A DNA stretch of 64,000 bases from Takakia lepidozioides (GCA_030704615.1 CM060734.1:57784001-57848000), one strand, 5' to 3'. Positions 36,672-51,959 are shown, counted from the first letter of the stretch. Translations and numbers: made by a program. Notes: generated from the letters alone by a model not told the origin.

Positions 36672-38417
36672 CTACACAGCCCCCTTCTTCTTTTTGCCAA
36701 TGAAAGCAGCTGTCAATTTGCCCGTAAGAACATTAATGAATGACCGAACACCTTCGGATGTCATGGTACCTGCAACCTCCATAATCAGCTTTCGGTTGCT
36801 GGGGACGGCAAGAGCCCTGGAAAGCCCATCAATCAAGGTCATAGAACCTGTATCTTCTCCCCTCCCTGTTCTACCACCGACAATGCTTCCTCTTTTGAGG
36901 CGATTGCTCAAAGTAGCCACTGCCAATGGTTCTGAGTTCGTATGGCTGTATTTTGGGCTCTTGGAATCCGGAAAAGACAAACTGACAGGGTCTTTCTCAA
37001 GTATCCCTGAGCTGGCAGAATCTTCGTGCTGAGACCAGGAGTAACTTGCACCTGGCAATGGGGAGTCAAGCTGAACCACTCCCTCATGGGGATGTGGCAG
37101 CTTTCCCTGTTTTGCTAAGTTGGCAAGCATTGTAACCATTTCTGGTGATTGGTTTCTGGCATTCGGATTTAGGGAGGGGTCAGAATCACCACCAGAACTT
37201 AGCACTTCATGGGATGTCCGCAGAAGGGTCTCAGCAGTTCCACTGCAAACCGTTGTCAGCAGCTCTGTGACAGGTCCCCGATGCTCTGGCTTCAGAAATC
37301 CAGTTACCAGATCGTTGAAGAAGTTTGTATCCTTGGTCCTGTCCAGATACACTGCAACAGCAGTGCCCACAAATGCCTGAATACATTCAGCCATGAGCAA
37401 CCTGCCCTTGGTGCTACTTGCAAACTCCATTAGGTTAAGTGATAGGTCTGATTTGTGTTCCCCTTTCAAGCCCTGCTCCTTATGTTGCTTGAGGGTACTC
37501 AAATGATCAATAACAGCAACCACAAGGCTGCGTGATGCACTTGCCACCACTGCAGATGCAAAACCTTTGCCTGTCTCACTGAACAGCTTCTCCACAAATT
37601 TATCTGCAAGATTACCCTCTACTCTTCTATCTGCTGCTGTTATGTCTCTGTCAGACCTGGCATCCCCTCCCAGTTCTTCCTTGATACCTTCAGCCATACT
37701 AGTGCCCACTTGCAGGCCTACAGCATCCAACACACTTCCAGCAGACTTCCAGGACGATTGCTCCCATTCCCCCTCGTCTCCCCCCTTGGCCGAGCTCTCG
37801 TCAAACTCCCCCCACGACCCTCCATCAATCTCTTCTGGCCCTTCATACTCCTCCTTGTCTTTCCACGAGAGATCTTTCTCTGGCAAACCCACCTGTCGAT
37901 CCCCTGTTATGCCCCAATCTCTAGACTGTTCCTCTTGTCGGAGACTAGCGGTAGGTCCTCTCCCATGGAGTGATTGCAAGAAGCCCTCGGCGACCGAAGC
38001 AGACAGGGTAGAGACGGATTTCTGGACCTCATGGCAACCGACTACCTTAAATAGCTGTTTCACACTTTGAGGGACCTCATCTCTGTCCGAGAGAAGAAAA
38101 GCGTGGAGGTCCTCAAATACAATACCTGCAGAGCCCATCCCCTCTGATAGTGCTTCGAAAAGAGATGACAAGGACTTGAAGAACACGTAGACTTGATTCG
38201 TCTTTTGCGAGAAAGCAGATGATCTGTACAGACGATAAGATGCATACCCGCCCGCTGCTACAGCAGTGCATGTAAGAATAACATTCCTTCTGCGGCGGGA
38301 GATGGAGAAAACCATATCTCTCCCTGCTACTTGGCCAGAAAAGATTGTCATGTTTCGGATGTTCTTCGCGCCCTCTTTTTCTTTCTCCGCTCTTTCTGAT
38401 CTCGCCCTTTCTCTCAA
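36672..38417 (-). CDS. PHLOEM PROTEIN 2-LIKE A10 family protein, intronless
   Basis: SRRRR..AAGGYASYRLY, DLHAFLLSDRDEVPQSVKQLFKV, KLFSETGKGFASAVVASASRSLV, FVGTAVAVYLDRT..NFFNDL, VCSGTAETLLRTSHEVL and LAVPSNRKLIMEVAGTMTSEGVRSF are the recalled conserved blocks of this family. The likely start is MVFSISRRRR. Confidence 0.85.
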   Translation of the reverse strand: MRERARSERAEKEKEGAKNIRNMTIFSGQVAGRDMVFSISRRRRNVILTCTAVAAGGYASYRLYRSSAFSQKTNQVYVFFKSLSSLFEALSEGMGSAGIVFEDLHAFLLSDRDEVPQSVKQLFKVVGCHEVQKSVSTLSASVAEGFLQSLHGRGPTASLRQEEQSRDWGITGDRQVGLPEKDLSWKDKEEYEGPEEIDGGSWGEFDESSAKGGDEGEWEQSSWKSAGSVLDAVGLQVGTSMAEGIKEELGGDARSDRDITAADRRVEGNLADKFVEKLFSETGKGFASAVVASASRSLVVAVIDHLSTLKQHKEQGLKGEHKSDLSLNLMEFASSTKGRLLMAECIQAFVGTAVAVYLDRTKDTNFFNDLVTGFLKPEHRGPVTELLTTVCSGTAETLLRTSHEVLSSGGDSDPSLNPNARNQSPEMVTMLANLAKQGKLPHPHEGVVQLDSPLPGASYSWSQHEDSASSGILEKDPVSLSFPDSKSPKYSHTNSEPLAVATLSNRLKRGSIVGGRTGRGEDTGSMTLIDGLSRALAVPSNRKLIMEVAGTMTSEGVRSFINVLTGKLTAAFIGKKKKGAV

Positions 38418-39389
38418 ATAGACAATTTAGGCAATGCCTCCCGGTTGCTTCTTCACTCACATTCACAATCTCAATCCTCCCTATATGTTTCTGCACAGCC
38501 ATTCATCACTGCAGGGACTCCATATCGAATAAGCTTCGCACACCATCTCTGTATTAATGCAACCGAAACTTCAAAGACAAAGGCTCAATTCAGCCTGGAG
38601 TCTTCTAGAGACATCCAAGCTACTGCGATGCAAGAAACATCCACCTTCTACTCGGTTGGCATAGGCTGCACCAAACACCACCCTTGCACGCAACCTCAAT
38701 CCATGTCAACCTGTCTCGAGTAGACACAAAACAACCGGACCATCAGAACCCACCACCTGATTTCTCACCCTGTGTAGACGCTAAAGATGGAATCCGCAAA
38801 TGGATCCCATTCCTCATCAACCCTTCAACCGCCAACCTTGGATTCCTCACCAAGGCCGGTCATCTCGGGACCCTAGTAATCCTCTACTCTTATGACACAT
38901 CCCCCGACTTGATCGAGCGGAAGACTTGAAGAATGTCTGGACGATGGCATGTGCAGCCAAATAAGTGACGATGGCGTGATGGCAGATTAGAGCAAATCAT
39001 TCACCTGCATCCCTGGCAGATCCAGAGATTTTGCTCTTGCATTCTGTCGTGTCGCCTCCCTCCTTCTGACCAAAGGTCGCTCTACGTTTATCGTTCGTCT
39101 ACTAAGACCCCGTTCGTTCGTTGGACGCTTCTCTTCCCGCTCTCTCCCAACAGTGTTTCGCATGGGGTTCTCATTCAGTAATCCCTTCGTGGCATTGTCC
39201 TGAGTCCTGACAGAGAGTGCCGATCTCTCTTTACAAGTTGGGTTCGAAAACTCTGCTTCTTAACAATCAATCTTTGTCTCTGTCTCTGTCTCTCTCTTTC
39301 TGAAACTCATCCACTCAGACCCATTTAATAAAAATCGCTTTATCCCTCTATCTCTTTCATTCGATCTCTAGTATCTCGTAGCATCGACA

Positions 39390-42300
39390 ATGGCAGGAGG
39401 AGATACAGACATGAGGAGCTGGGCGGACCTGCTGCACAACTCTTCCCAGCTCGTCCATTCTTACACTTCTTCTGCTCCATTCCCCCCCATCCAGGTGCGA
39501 GTCGTTCGGGTGGATATCACAGGGAGGACATTTTTCACCGCTTGCATCCATACCTTCACCGTTGACATGGAATATATAGAGTCTGGACGGAGTTGGTGTT
39601 GGGGTGTCTGTGTAGGAATTTATGCATAATCGTCTGAAGTGATTTGCCCTGGCTGGCGATGAATTCATGGCTGCATTTCGCAAATTGTAGACTAGGGTGT
39701 TGCTATGAATCCTGTGGGAAGGCAGTGATAACAATGAACGGTACTATGTGGTCGCTAAACCCTAAACCTTTGTCTGATGAATTGTACCCATAGAGCTCCG
39801 AGGATTCAAATAGCAAAGGTTGGGAAGTGGAATTTCTGTTTGTCTGTCGAGAAGTCTTGAGTGCAGGCGTGTTCTTGTGTGTACAGTGGCTTAATTGTCT
39901 TTTTGCATCTCATGTATGTCGGGGAATCCACACAGCCCCGGATTTCATGTCAGGGGCCTGAAACGAATGCTCGTTTTTCTTGGCAGAGTTAGGCTGGATT
40001 GTTCATATATATGAACGAAAGTTGCTATCTTGTGATTTGGGAGCTTTCATTTAGTTGGTCTGTGGCAGCTCTCAATTTAAGCTGAGGTGTACACTTATGA
40101 CAATCTTAGGGAGGAATTTTGTCCGCACGTCACAATCACCACAGTAGTTCAGGGTGTTGAAAATATTTGTCTGCTGTGGCATTTGGGTGGGTGGTCTACA
40201 GAGAAGTCTAGAGCAGCTCGAGGCACTGTCACGGCAGCTGAAAGCACGCACGTCTCGCATTGAGGCTCCCGGCGAGGCTATTGCTGCCACTCGGTGAGCC
40301 CAAAATTTCCTTCTTTGTTCGAGGAATTAAATGATTCTCCCTGTTGTGGTGGATGTCGGCTTTACTTGGCCATTATCAGGGCAGTGAGAGACAGCACACA
40401 CTTCCATTGGGAGTGAGGAGTTGAGATTGTTAAGAAGTTGTGGAGGACGGGGTTATTACAGTGAGCAAGAAATTTCACCAGCTTCGTGCATGATTAAGTT
40501 ATAGACCTCTGAGTGCAGACTGCTGGCGCGAGAAGGAATAAATGCGGACCAGCTCACACGGGATTTGAAATCCTTCGAGCTGAAGGTTGGCATTAATGTC
40601 TACGCTTTGTTTCACTTCATACATGTGGATATCATTTGTGGTTTGTCGAATTCTGACTGCTAGAGATTGAGTTCTACCGAGTGCTGGGTATTGTAGATCG
40701 ATGGTTTGATGTGATTATTGCATCTGGAGGTTGAGCTTTTCGGTGTGATGTAACAGACTGGACTGGACACCACATATCTTGCCCTGAGGAAAGATTTTGG
40801 TCAACAATAATATTGGTTTTTAGAATCTACATTTTAATATCTCGGTGTTGAGCCACTCAATTATTTCCTTACTTTCTGGTTGTTTTCATGGTGGAGGAGG
40901 CGTGTGTGGTGGGGTCTCACCCTCTAGAACATTGTGGTTTCACAGCTTGGCATTTCCTTACAAGCCTCCTTGAGTGAGTACACTCTGTCCATGACTGTGG
41001 CTGCTACAGGCTTGCAGCATTGTACAGAGTTGAACGTATCAATCTGTAACGTTGGGGCGACTTGACGTGTGGGTACAGACAACATTTGAGGATGTATTTC
41101 CGGTGGAGGCAACCAGTGTGGAAGAGTATTTGCAACAGGTAACTTCTACAATGTCTTTTGTTCCTGCTGATTCTCTCTTTGTGGGCTCCCCATGCATGTC
41201 AGTGCACTTCTCTTTCTTAACTAGCTGTTTGGGCCTACATGGAGCTTTTTAATTCCAACTCCTCTGCTGAGGAATTTGTAGTTAGGCACATGCTGACAAA
41301 GTTGTATTTGTAGGAAACTTGTGTGGTCACCATCTGGAAACTATGAGGAATCTGTTGCAACGTAGGTTGTCTTCTTTGCTAGTTGTGCTGCAAGATAGTA
41401 ATGAAGGCTGGTGTTGGAGGGAATGCAGGTGCATGAAATGGCAATGCTTTCAGCTATCCAAGAAGCGCAGCGTGATAATTTGCGCAGCTTTGATGACTAC
41501 ATGCTGAAGGTGGTTGAGGTGAGCTCTCCTCCTTTTGGATGGCTTCCCTTCTCTTTGAAGAGCAAGTGTACGGTTATCAAATCAAGACCTTAATGTTTCA
41601 GGGGAGTCCCTCCATAGTCAAAACAGGGATATTCACAACAACTCAATCTTTGAAGAGAGAAGATGGTTTAATTTTTAATTGTGGTTAAAGGAGAAGTGTG
41701 CCGTGTATGTGATGGAATGAAACAAGTTGACGGTGTTGCTGGCAGGATGACTGGCAGAAGGAGAAACGTGAATTTTTGAACAATTTAAGTCGCTTACCCT
41801 ATGCTCCATCACCAAGTGGGCCAGGGCCAACCCCGTCCACAACTGCAATTCAGGCTTATCGGGGACGCACTAGTGTGGCAGGTTACTCGAGATTCCAACA
41901 GGACACCCGTGGGGCAGATCCATCGTCCATGCTGAAGACATTGCTAGAAAGGAAAGCTGCAGCCTATTCTGAGGTGGTTGTGAGAATGAACGCTGCAAGA
42001 GAGCGAAGCGCTCCCTTCAAAGTAGGACTCTCCCTCTGGTGGATCTTTGTGAAGCTATGCTCTCTTTCTCTTGGACTTTTATTAGTTCTGAGTTTGTTCT
42101 TTGTGGTTCTACAGTTTGCTTTCGCTGTTGTTCTACTTGTGTTCTCTGGGCTGGATGGATGTAATAAATGTCTATCATTTGGTCATTCTTCTCTCATATC
42201 AAGATCATTGCTTCAATCTTCAAGGTTGCGACTGCAATGAGAGCAGCCTATGAAGCGGTTGCAGGAGAGGTGACAGCGTCCAAGTCAGTAAGCCTAGTGA

Positions 42301-45300
42301 AAATCTGGCACCTGTTGCAGGTACGCATCCCAGTGACACAGAACCATGGAACTATATTCCAGGCAAGGGTGAAACAAAAGTACCAAATGAATCCTTTTAA
42401 GATGGTCATCTGTAAGATGGTGTTACGTATTCCAAAGGCTTAGTATGAGCAGCTAATGTGTAACAAATCTCTGGCCTTGTTGTTGGTCAAGATGGACTAC
42501 ATGATCAAGGAAGACTACTCATCAAACAGTAGCGAATTTGGAATAAATGGTACCAAGCAATGTTTTCTTAGTAGCCTGTTGAGTTTCAAGTAGCCTTGAA
42601 GGCCATGTCTTCACATTGAGCCATAGATCATGTCAGAGTTTCCAAAAAATTTATCAGCAATACGTTTCTTCTATGCTATGAGGGATGATGCCTGAGCTCA
42701 AGACCCTGAAATCTAATATGAGGTGAGCATGAGTATTGATGGAAGAGGAGGTTGTGCAAGCTAGTCTCTTCTGGGAGAAGATGTGGACCACCCCTCACCT
42801 CTCACAAGAAAGATGAGTATGATTGCTGGAGCGAGGCGGCATTTGGAGGCAGGCCATGAAAAATACATTTTGGATACCATTCAAAGTCATCCTGCCCAGG
42901 TAAATCCACCTCTCCCACTATTTCAGGCAGATAAAGAAGATTAAGTGGTAGTGAGCCCGGGTGCCAGCATTGATGATCTACAGGAGAGAAACTAATCCAT
43001 GAGCAGGATTCATGAGCCCATGCGCAAGTGAGTGTAAAATCCATGAGCTCAGGCTTGTGATTCATCCAAAATCGTGAGCACAGTCTCATAGACTCACAGT
43101 GTTCACTCACAAGCTCGTGGGTGGAGGCTCACGAATTAGATTTTCCCAGGCTAGAGTGTCACAGATGAAATAGTAGTTGGCTTCACTTCTCTTCTGCATT
43201 ATTGGAGGTTTGGCACGTGCAAGAGTGGACAGCCTCTTGAATATCCCCAACTCGATAGGTATCTGATGGTCGCACTTTGCAGCTCACCACTGCCTCCCAT
43301 TTTATCTGGGTCATTTTAGAGTAATCACGTACTGGAAGACTTAACAAGTCTCAGGAGAAGAAGCAGCAGCTGAAGACCTAATAAAAAGAGAAAAGAGGTA
43401 GAGAGAGAATGTACTCATAAGACGTTGTTTGCTGTAGCCTTGTGGCCATTGAGGTAGAGAGAGGGATAATGTACTCATGCGACAGTGTTTGCTGTCGACT
43501 TGTGGGCATAGACCCCGCACTGAGTCTGGATGAAACAAGAGGGAACAGACACTACCTCTCACTCCAGTGGTGGGACTTACCTTTGTATAGACAATTGGTT
43601 CGGGCTTTCCAGATTTCCTCTAGGAACCCCTTCAGACAAGTGTCAAGTGAGCTGCCCAGCAATTAGACCCCAACAGGGCCAGGGCTCGAGGCTGAGCCTC
43701 AAGATTTTGAAAGTGAACAGAGGTGCAGGGCCTAAGTTGTTGATGGTCCTGAAGAGGGTCGCATTTTGATGAGAATACTCCGAACATGTATCAGAAAATC
43801 GATGTCTTCAGGCTGCCCACACATTGGGCAGACTCCCCGCCCTTAGTTAAAGCTTCAGGCTAGTGCCGAGGGTAGGCAGGCCCTGCAGATCATCCTTAGG
43901 ATCCTCACCCATGTCACAAACAAGTTCAGGGAAGTTTTATGAGAGAGAGATAGGGGCAGCTGCTCTAGGTTAGGACCTAGGGAAAACCCCTAACCCATTT
44001 CCTGTTTCCCCTTCTGTTCTAGGCAGAAACTTCCCAACAGAATAACAGGATCAGGCAATTCTTGAGTGACGTTACCAAAATCTTAGCCACCATTAAGATA
44101 AATGAGAGAGAAGGAGAGAATATACGGATAATTACTTTGTTTGCCATGGCCTTATGGATATGGCTGATGGCTGATGGATATGACTGATTCATACAAAATC
44201 AGTCAAGAATTTCAATGACATCGTCTGCCTGAAACAGGCACCAACATACTTTTACAGGCTCGTTTGTTTTTTCAGCTTGCCTTCAGTCCAGTGGGGGGGG
44301 AGTAGAGACAAAGTCTCTTTGGCTCGAACTGCCAGAGAGTTGAAGACCACCTTGATAGTCCAGCACTAGATACACAAGACTACCATATCAGATACTACCC
44401 AAACCAAATCCAAAACTGCTGAACACATGTATTTCAGAGTTATGATAGATATTAACACCATACCATAGAAGAATCAGCCAGCATATTGAAAGAATGCCTT
44501 TCATGTGGTTCCAAATTCTATGGTAAGCAAGCAAACCTCATTTACAAGGTTGGAGAAGAAAGTCATTAGACAGCAGCCAGTCCTAGCTATCGAGGCAAAG
44601 GTGAAGCCTCACTGGATCAGCACAGCCAACTAACAAACCAACAGGTTAGTGATCCCTGTGGAACCAGGTACATGGCCTCACCTAGTTAGCCATGTCCACC
44701 ATGAGAGACGAAGGAGACTATATTAGTGTCTAGATGACGAGCATAGCATTGCAGCACTAGAACACCAAGATTACTGCAAAGGAAGTAGTAAGGAGAACCT
44801 GTTTGCTCATGTCCTCTACCTGGCTGGTCCTTGAGGGAGAGGCCATTGACGCTGTCAATCTTCTCTTTTCCACTTGAGAGTGCCTTCCTTCTTTGAGCAG
44901 TCTGAGCTGGCTCTTTTCTACACTCTGGAAGTGCGGAAGGTGCAGGGGAAAGAAACAATGTGCAGTGAATGGCCACCACCTAGGACCTTAGAAAACTAGA
45001 TAGCATGTGGTGTTATCTTCTAGAGAGTCCCAACAATTTGAGGAGTTGCTAGCTAACGGGTGTCTCTTGAACCTACCCAAATATATAAATCACATGCTTA
45101 CAATGTTGTAGAAGCGAGCAACTTACTGGTTGGGTTGGGTTACCAGGCAGCACTTGGAGGATCCACAGGCAATTTACAGCGTGTACGGGCCTTCCTGCGG
45201 GTATGTTATGCTGTCGTGTACAGATTTTACTTCAGGAAGGACATTGTTTCTTGGTCAACCCAACAAGTTGAGCAGGGGACTTTGCTGCAGCCTTGCAATT

Positions 45301-48300
45301 ATAATGAAATGCCAGGGATGAAGAGGCTGATAGATCCTGAAACCTGAGATGCAAGCCCCTGCATGCATAGTATTCGGAAAGGACACCATTGCTCTCCACA
45401 ATAACCTTGCACCCGATTATGGAAATTTTAGCAAGATTCAGCAGGTGGATAAGGTCTAAGCTGTGTGCCTGTGCAGTATGTCTAAGCTTGTCCTTCCAGT
45501 GCACAGAAGGTGACATGGGTGTGTTGCATTGGGAACGACTGCTTACATAGGTGCGATTAAGGGATCAGGGAGCAGTACTGGACTTTGATGCCACAGATCT
45601 GCGCCGACAACCTCCTTTGGACACCACTTGGCACCAGGTGGTGGTCCTCTGCCTTTTCTATGAGTGTTCTGCCTTTGAAGGCCTGCTAAACAGATAATCT
45701 GAACATAATTGAGTCATTCCAGCATGGACATGCAGGCACAGACAAAATTCATGCAGATGGTCGTAATGGTCCATCAGAACAGTTGAGCCTGTGATCCAGC
45801 TTGGGCTGTATCAGTTGCAGGAGGGGGCAGAAGGCGAAGAAAAGGCTGGGCCAGAGATCAATGATAGACAATGAAGGTGGGGAGAGAGTGATGTGCAGGG
45901 GCTGGTCCTGTCAAGGATCAGAGCCATAGATAGGAAATGGAAATATGGTGGCATTGTGCCTCAAGTCACGTCACAGTTGGGTGGGGTTTTCCTTATGCAG
46001 ATTTACTACTGCCTGCGCTCAGGGTACTATGAAGAAGCAAATCTGGTGGCGCAGTCCTCGAGGATCAGCCGAACATTTGCCCCACAGGTGTTGCTTTCTT
46101 CATCTTTAAGTTTGTTTTCTTCCCTTGGAAAATTACAGTATGCCTCTCTCTCCCTCTTAGCTAGCAGGCGCACAATGACGGCGAGACTAACATAGGGGGT
46201 AAGCAGCTGGCAGAGTGGACCCTGAATGGAGGCTCAGTGTCAGCAAGCACAGAAGCTGCTGTGGCAGAGGAATGTGAGCGCATGGCTCGCTCAGGAGACC
46301 GGGCGGGGCGAGCAGCCTATGACAAAAAGAAAATGCTGCTTCATGCGATTGTTTGTGGCAGTCGGCAGCAAGCTGACCGCCTGCTCCGCGATATGCCAGT
46401 GCTGTTCACCACGATTGAAGATTTTCTGTGGTTCAAGCTGGCTATGGTCCGTGAATCTCCCTCTGATCCATCATTGCAAACGCATGATGCATTGACATCC
46501 TACACTCTGGAGGATCTGCAGAACTATTTGATCAAGTTCGAGCCTGCTTATTACACGAAGAATGGCAAGGATCCATTAGTGTACCCGTATGTTCTGCTTT
46601 TGAGCTTGCAGCTCCATGCAGCAATTTCTTATCTGATGAAGGAAGCGGGGAGCGAGGGCTATCATATTGACAGTGTCCACATTGCTGTCGCCGTGGCAGA
46701 CCATGGCTCTCTGTCGGAAGGAATTGGGGGTGCACAGAAGGTAGGAGCCATGGATGCTGTTGCAGAGATTGCAAGCATCGTCCGGCATTATGGATTATCA
46801 TATGTTAGGCAGGGCAATATGGGGATCGCTTTGGAGTATTATGCGCAGGCTGCAGCAGCTGTTGGGGGAGGGGCAGTGGCTTGGAGTGGGCACAGCAGTG
46901 CTGATCAGCAACGACAGCGCCATCTTCTGCTGAAGCAGCTTATTACAGGTATCTAGAAAATAAGTTCATATAGACCCCTTTTTGGAAGATTTTGCTCTGT
47001 GTGTCATCATAGACCCAAGTAGAATCAGCTGGAGTGTTCAGGAATTCTAGTATGTGGCTTAAAAAAGGCGTTGAAGGTCATGCAATCGATAGGTGATTCT
47101 ATGACATTCAGTGTTCAGCAGTTGCTGCTAAGTATATCAGTCACTTTCGCAATTGAAGATAAGCTTCAATTGGGGAACTGTTGGCTCTTTGCAATTATTT
47201 CTGTGCTTGATAGGTGATGGACCCGAAACCCACATCAGGACATTTCCCTTCTAACAAGTGTCTCACTGCGTGGTTTGAAGAGCTGCTGCTGCGTGATGGA
47301 GGTATCCCATTGCTGTTAGGTGCAACTGGGTCAGGTTCTGAAGGCACATTGCGCCGCTTTCTACCAGACCCACAGAGCCAGCGCATGCTGCTGCTTGATG
47401 CTGCTCGCCAGTGCCAGGATTCAGGCCTTTATGACAGGGTAAGATGATGCTCACACCCTGGGCAGTAGTCTCTCTTTCAATTCTCATGGAGTGTTTTGAT
47501 TGTAGGACGTTTCCATCACAACTTTGAGAAATTGTATCTGATCTGTCAGTCCACAGCAGTTCAGCAAGTAGTCTTCGTTCAGAAAAGAAACTTTGCATGC
47601 TTATAAAGCCATGAATTATGTATTGTATTTGCTTAGAGGGGTTATTACTGTACAGGCTGTAGAGCTGCTCAAGCGCATTGGAGAGTTTGCAGCAGCCTTG
47701 GAGACAGTGAATCAATGCCTGTCTGAGGCGATTGCTGCCATGGCCAGTGGCCGTGCCGACGGAGACACCAAATCCTCAGGATTGATACTTGCTGGCAATG
47801 AAATCTTGGATGCTTACAAAACCGTTGGAGGTGGCAGGTTTGAAATTCATGCTGCTGGAGGCATTTCATTCTGTATCTGTTTTGCTTCCTCATTAATGTG
47901 CTTCAGTTGTAGAGGATCCCAGCAAACCTTTGAGAACAGTTAGGCTGGAAAGAGCTGCAATAGGTAGGATGAAGTACTCAGTTCTCTAAAGCCCTGACTA
48001 ATGTAAGGCAATGTCTGTCTTATGATGAATTTGCAGTTCGCAGAATGCAGAGCAAATGGCTGAACAGCAAACAGCGTTCAGGCAATTGGAATCAATTCTG
48101 TCCTTCCATAGATATGGCAGGACTGGGAGATACGGTGATGCCTTACGGGAGCTCTCCAAACTGGCCTTCCTGCCCTTGGACTCCCGGACCCCTGAGAGGA
48201 GTGCTGAATCGCTGCGCTATACCTCACTCTCTGTGCAGGTAATATTATTAGTGCTGTTTTGCCGTTCACCTCGAAATCTGCAAGGCACTGCATGCTATTA

Positions 48301-48806
48301 AGTGACGAGCATAGTCATCATTTTTCCATCTTTTGAAGGGAAAGTTCTGACCCTTTTAGTCTGTGGGCCTTCTTCCTGGCACTCTGACTAAAGGTGTATG
48401 ACATTCCTGATTGGTTCCAGCTCTGCCAACAACTACATACCCGGCAATAAGAAGGTGGTGGGACAGCTCTTGAGTTGAATAAGAAACCCTTATGTTAATA
48501 TGATAATCTGGGGATTCTGGGTGCAGGCTTGTGTGCCAGACCTGCTAAAAGAGGCTCTCACCTGCCTAGATCATGTGACTGACATTGACGGCACCATTCG
48601 CAGCCTAAAGACCAAGGTACTCCTTTGCACCACATGGTGTGTTTAAGGCTGCTAGAATATCCATTATCTTGTCATTTTTCGCCTCCATGATTCTGATGGC
48701 AATCGTCATGATATGTGGGTGGCCACAGATTGCTAATTTCATTGCGAACTCACTCCCGAGGAACCTACCTCAAGAGTTGTATGAAAGAGTGGCCCGAATG
48801 CTGTGA
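39390..48806 (+). CDS. NUP93: Nuclear pore complex protein NUP93/NIC96, 17 exons
   Basis: Exons 39390-39494, 40202-40293, 40519-40585, 41079-41138, 41429-41518, 41746-42021, 42225-42320, 42765-42899, 45147-45200, 45551-45637, 46001-46087, 46207-46948, 47281-47438, 47656-47837, 48037-48238, 48527-48616 and 48729-48806, all GT-AG. Motifs: TTFEDVFPVEATSVEEYLQQ, GARRHLE, IYYCLRSG, LFTTIEDFLWFKL, KDPLVYPYVLLLS. Confidence 0.95.
43395..43940 (-). mobile_element. Roughly 550-bp non-coding derivative of the RTE-X-like LINE 3' end, with a duplicated terminus, in NUP93 intron 8
   Basis: The reverse complement aligns to 60730-61280 and to 61320-61860 (aaaacttccctgaacttgttt..gtgacatgg; ctaattgctgggcagctcac). 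It has two atgagtacatt termini and (GA)n at both ends. Confidence 0.85.
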
Positions 48807-49696
48807 CATGAAGATGTGCGGTCTGCTCAAAGCTGAGCTCAGCCCCAGTTTTGGTAACTACAGATAAGATAGCAAAGAAATGACCAGTTTCCATCAGTCA
48901 GGGGGTAATGATCAAGAGCAACTGCAGAGGAGCCATTTCTGGTTCCCGTACATTATGCCCCACTAGCTTAAAAACAGAGGGATCAAAGAGATTTCTGTTG
49001 CGATTTTGTGGTGGGAGAATGATGCTGGAACTTGGAATTTACTCCCTGGATGTTTTTCCACTTGTAGAATAGAGAGAAGTATATTTCCATCCTGCTCCCT
49101 GGAGGACATGTTTTCACCCACATGTTGTATCAAACAATCACAGTACTGAAATCAATAAAATGGTAAAACACCAGTAGAGTCAGAGAAAACAAGATTGCAT
49201 TTGCATCCCATTAGAATTTGGTTTTAATGCCACGCACATAGATGTTTGCTGGAGCAATTTATACCCTATATTAATCTTGATATCATGCTTCTCCTCTCCA
49301 TAACCTCTTTCAGGAAGGTTATATGAAGCAGCAATGGCTCCAGTTTTCCTTAACGCAGACATTTCTGTGTTGCTCGAGCTGATTAATTCACGCTTCATTC
49401 CCTCATAATGGTTTTGGTGACATTTCCCTACAATGTAATGCAAATTCTGTTTCCACAACAACATTGAAGACGAGGATAACGTCCTTTATTTCGATTGCTT
49501 GTGGGTTTCTTCTTAGGTGAAGCAGTAGAAAGGGCAATATTGAAGTAACTCTTTCCCTATATCCCATCATTTCTGAAGGAAGGCCCTACTATCACTCCGC
49601 AATAGAACTTTCCGTCTTAATTATTGAATGATAAGAGAGAACTTAACAGATAAACTCAGTAAAAGACTTGCCTTAGGCATACTGGATAACGTATCA

Positions 49697-50070
49697 AAAT
49701 CCAGCAAACGTGCAACTAAAACAAATGTCACTCAGTAACCACACATTACTGTATAGAACAGCGGCACTCAGATTATATTATTCTGCTAAAAAATGTCACA
49801 GTACAAAGACAAGATTCAGAAAAAAATTCCAGCAAACATGCAGCTAAAACAAATGTTACTCAGTAGCCACACATTACTGGATAGAACAGCACTCAGATTA
49901 TATTATTCTGCTAAAAAATGTCACAGTACAAAGACAAGATTCAGCCAAAAATTCCAGCAAACATGCAGCTAAGACAAATGTTACTCAGTAACCACACATT
50001 ACTGTATAGAATGGCACTCAGATTATATTATTCTGCTAAAAAATGTCACAGTACAAAGACAAGATTCAGC
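49697..50070. repeat. Three near-identical tandem copies of about 125 bp downstream of the EF1A stop codon
   Basis: tccagcaaac..ccacacattactg.atagaa..gcactcagattatattattctgctaaaaaatgtcacagtacaaagacaagattcag occurs three times. Confidence 0.95.
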
Positions 50071-50313
50071 AAAAGAACACTGTCGCAACAGCCGTGTCAC
50101 AAATATCCTAACCCTCAATGTTATTCAAACTTACTACCAGGTAAGTCTGCCCTGCCACCGTCTGTCAAGCACCCAAGTCTGCTTCTGGCTAGCCAGCAAC
50201 ATTTCAATGGAGCAAACATAATGTTGATTTAGACAAACAGAAGGAAGAAGAGTGGAGCAAACAAAAGCAGACAGTCCCAAAGACCAGCATCTGTCTGACT
50301 CATCCATCTCAAG

Positions 50314-51959
<1,646 letters not shown>

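Noticed and set aside
42981-43150. MITE with imperfect TIRs and repeated tgagc/gctca motifs
   Set aside because: The TIR match is weak and there is no TSD or second copy in the window.
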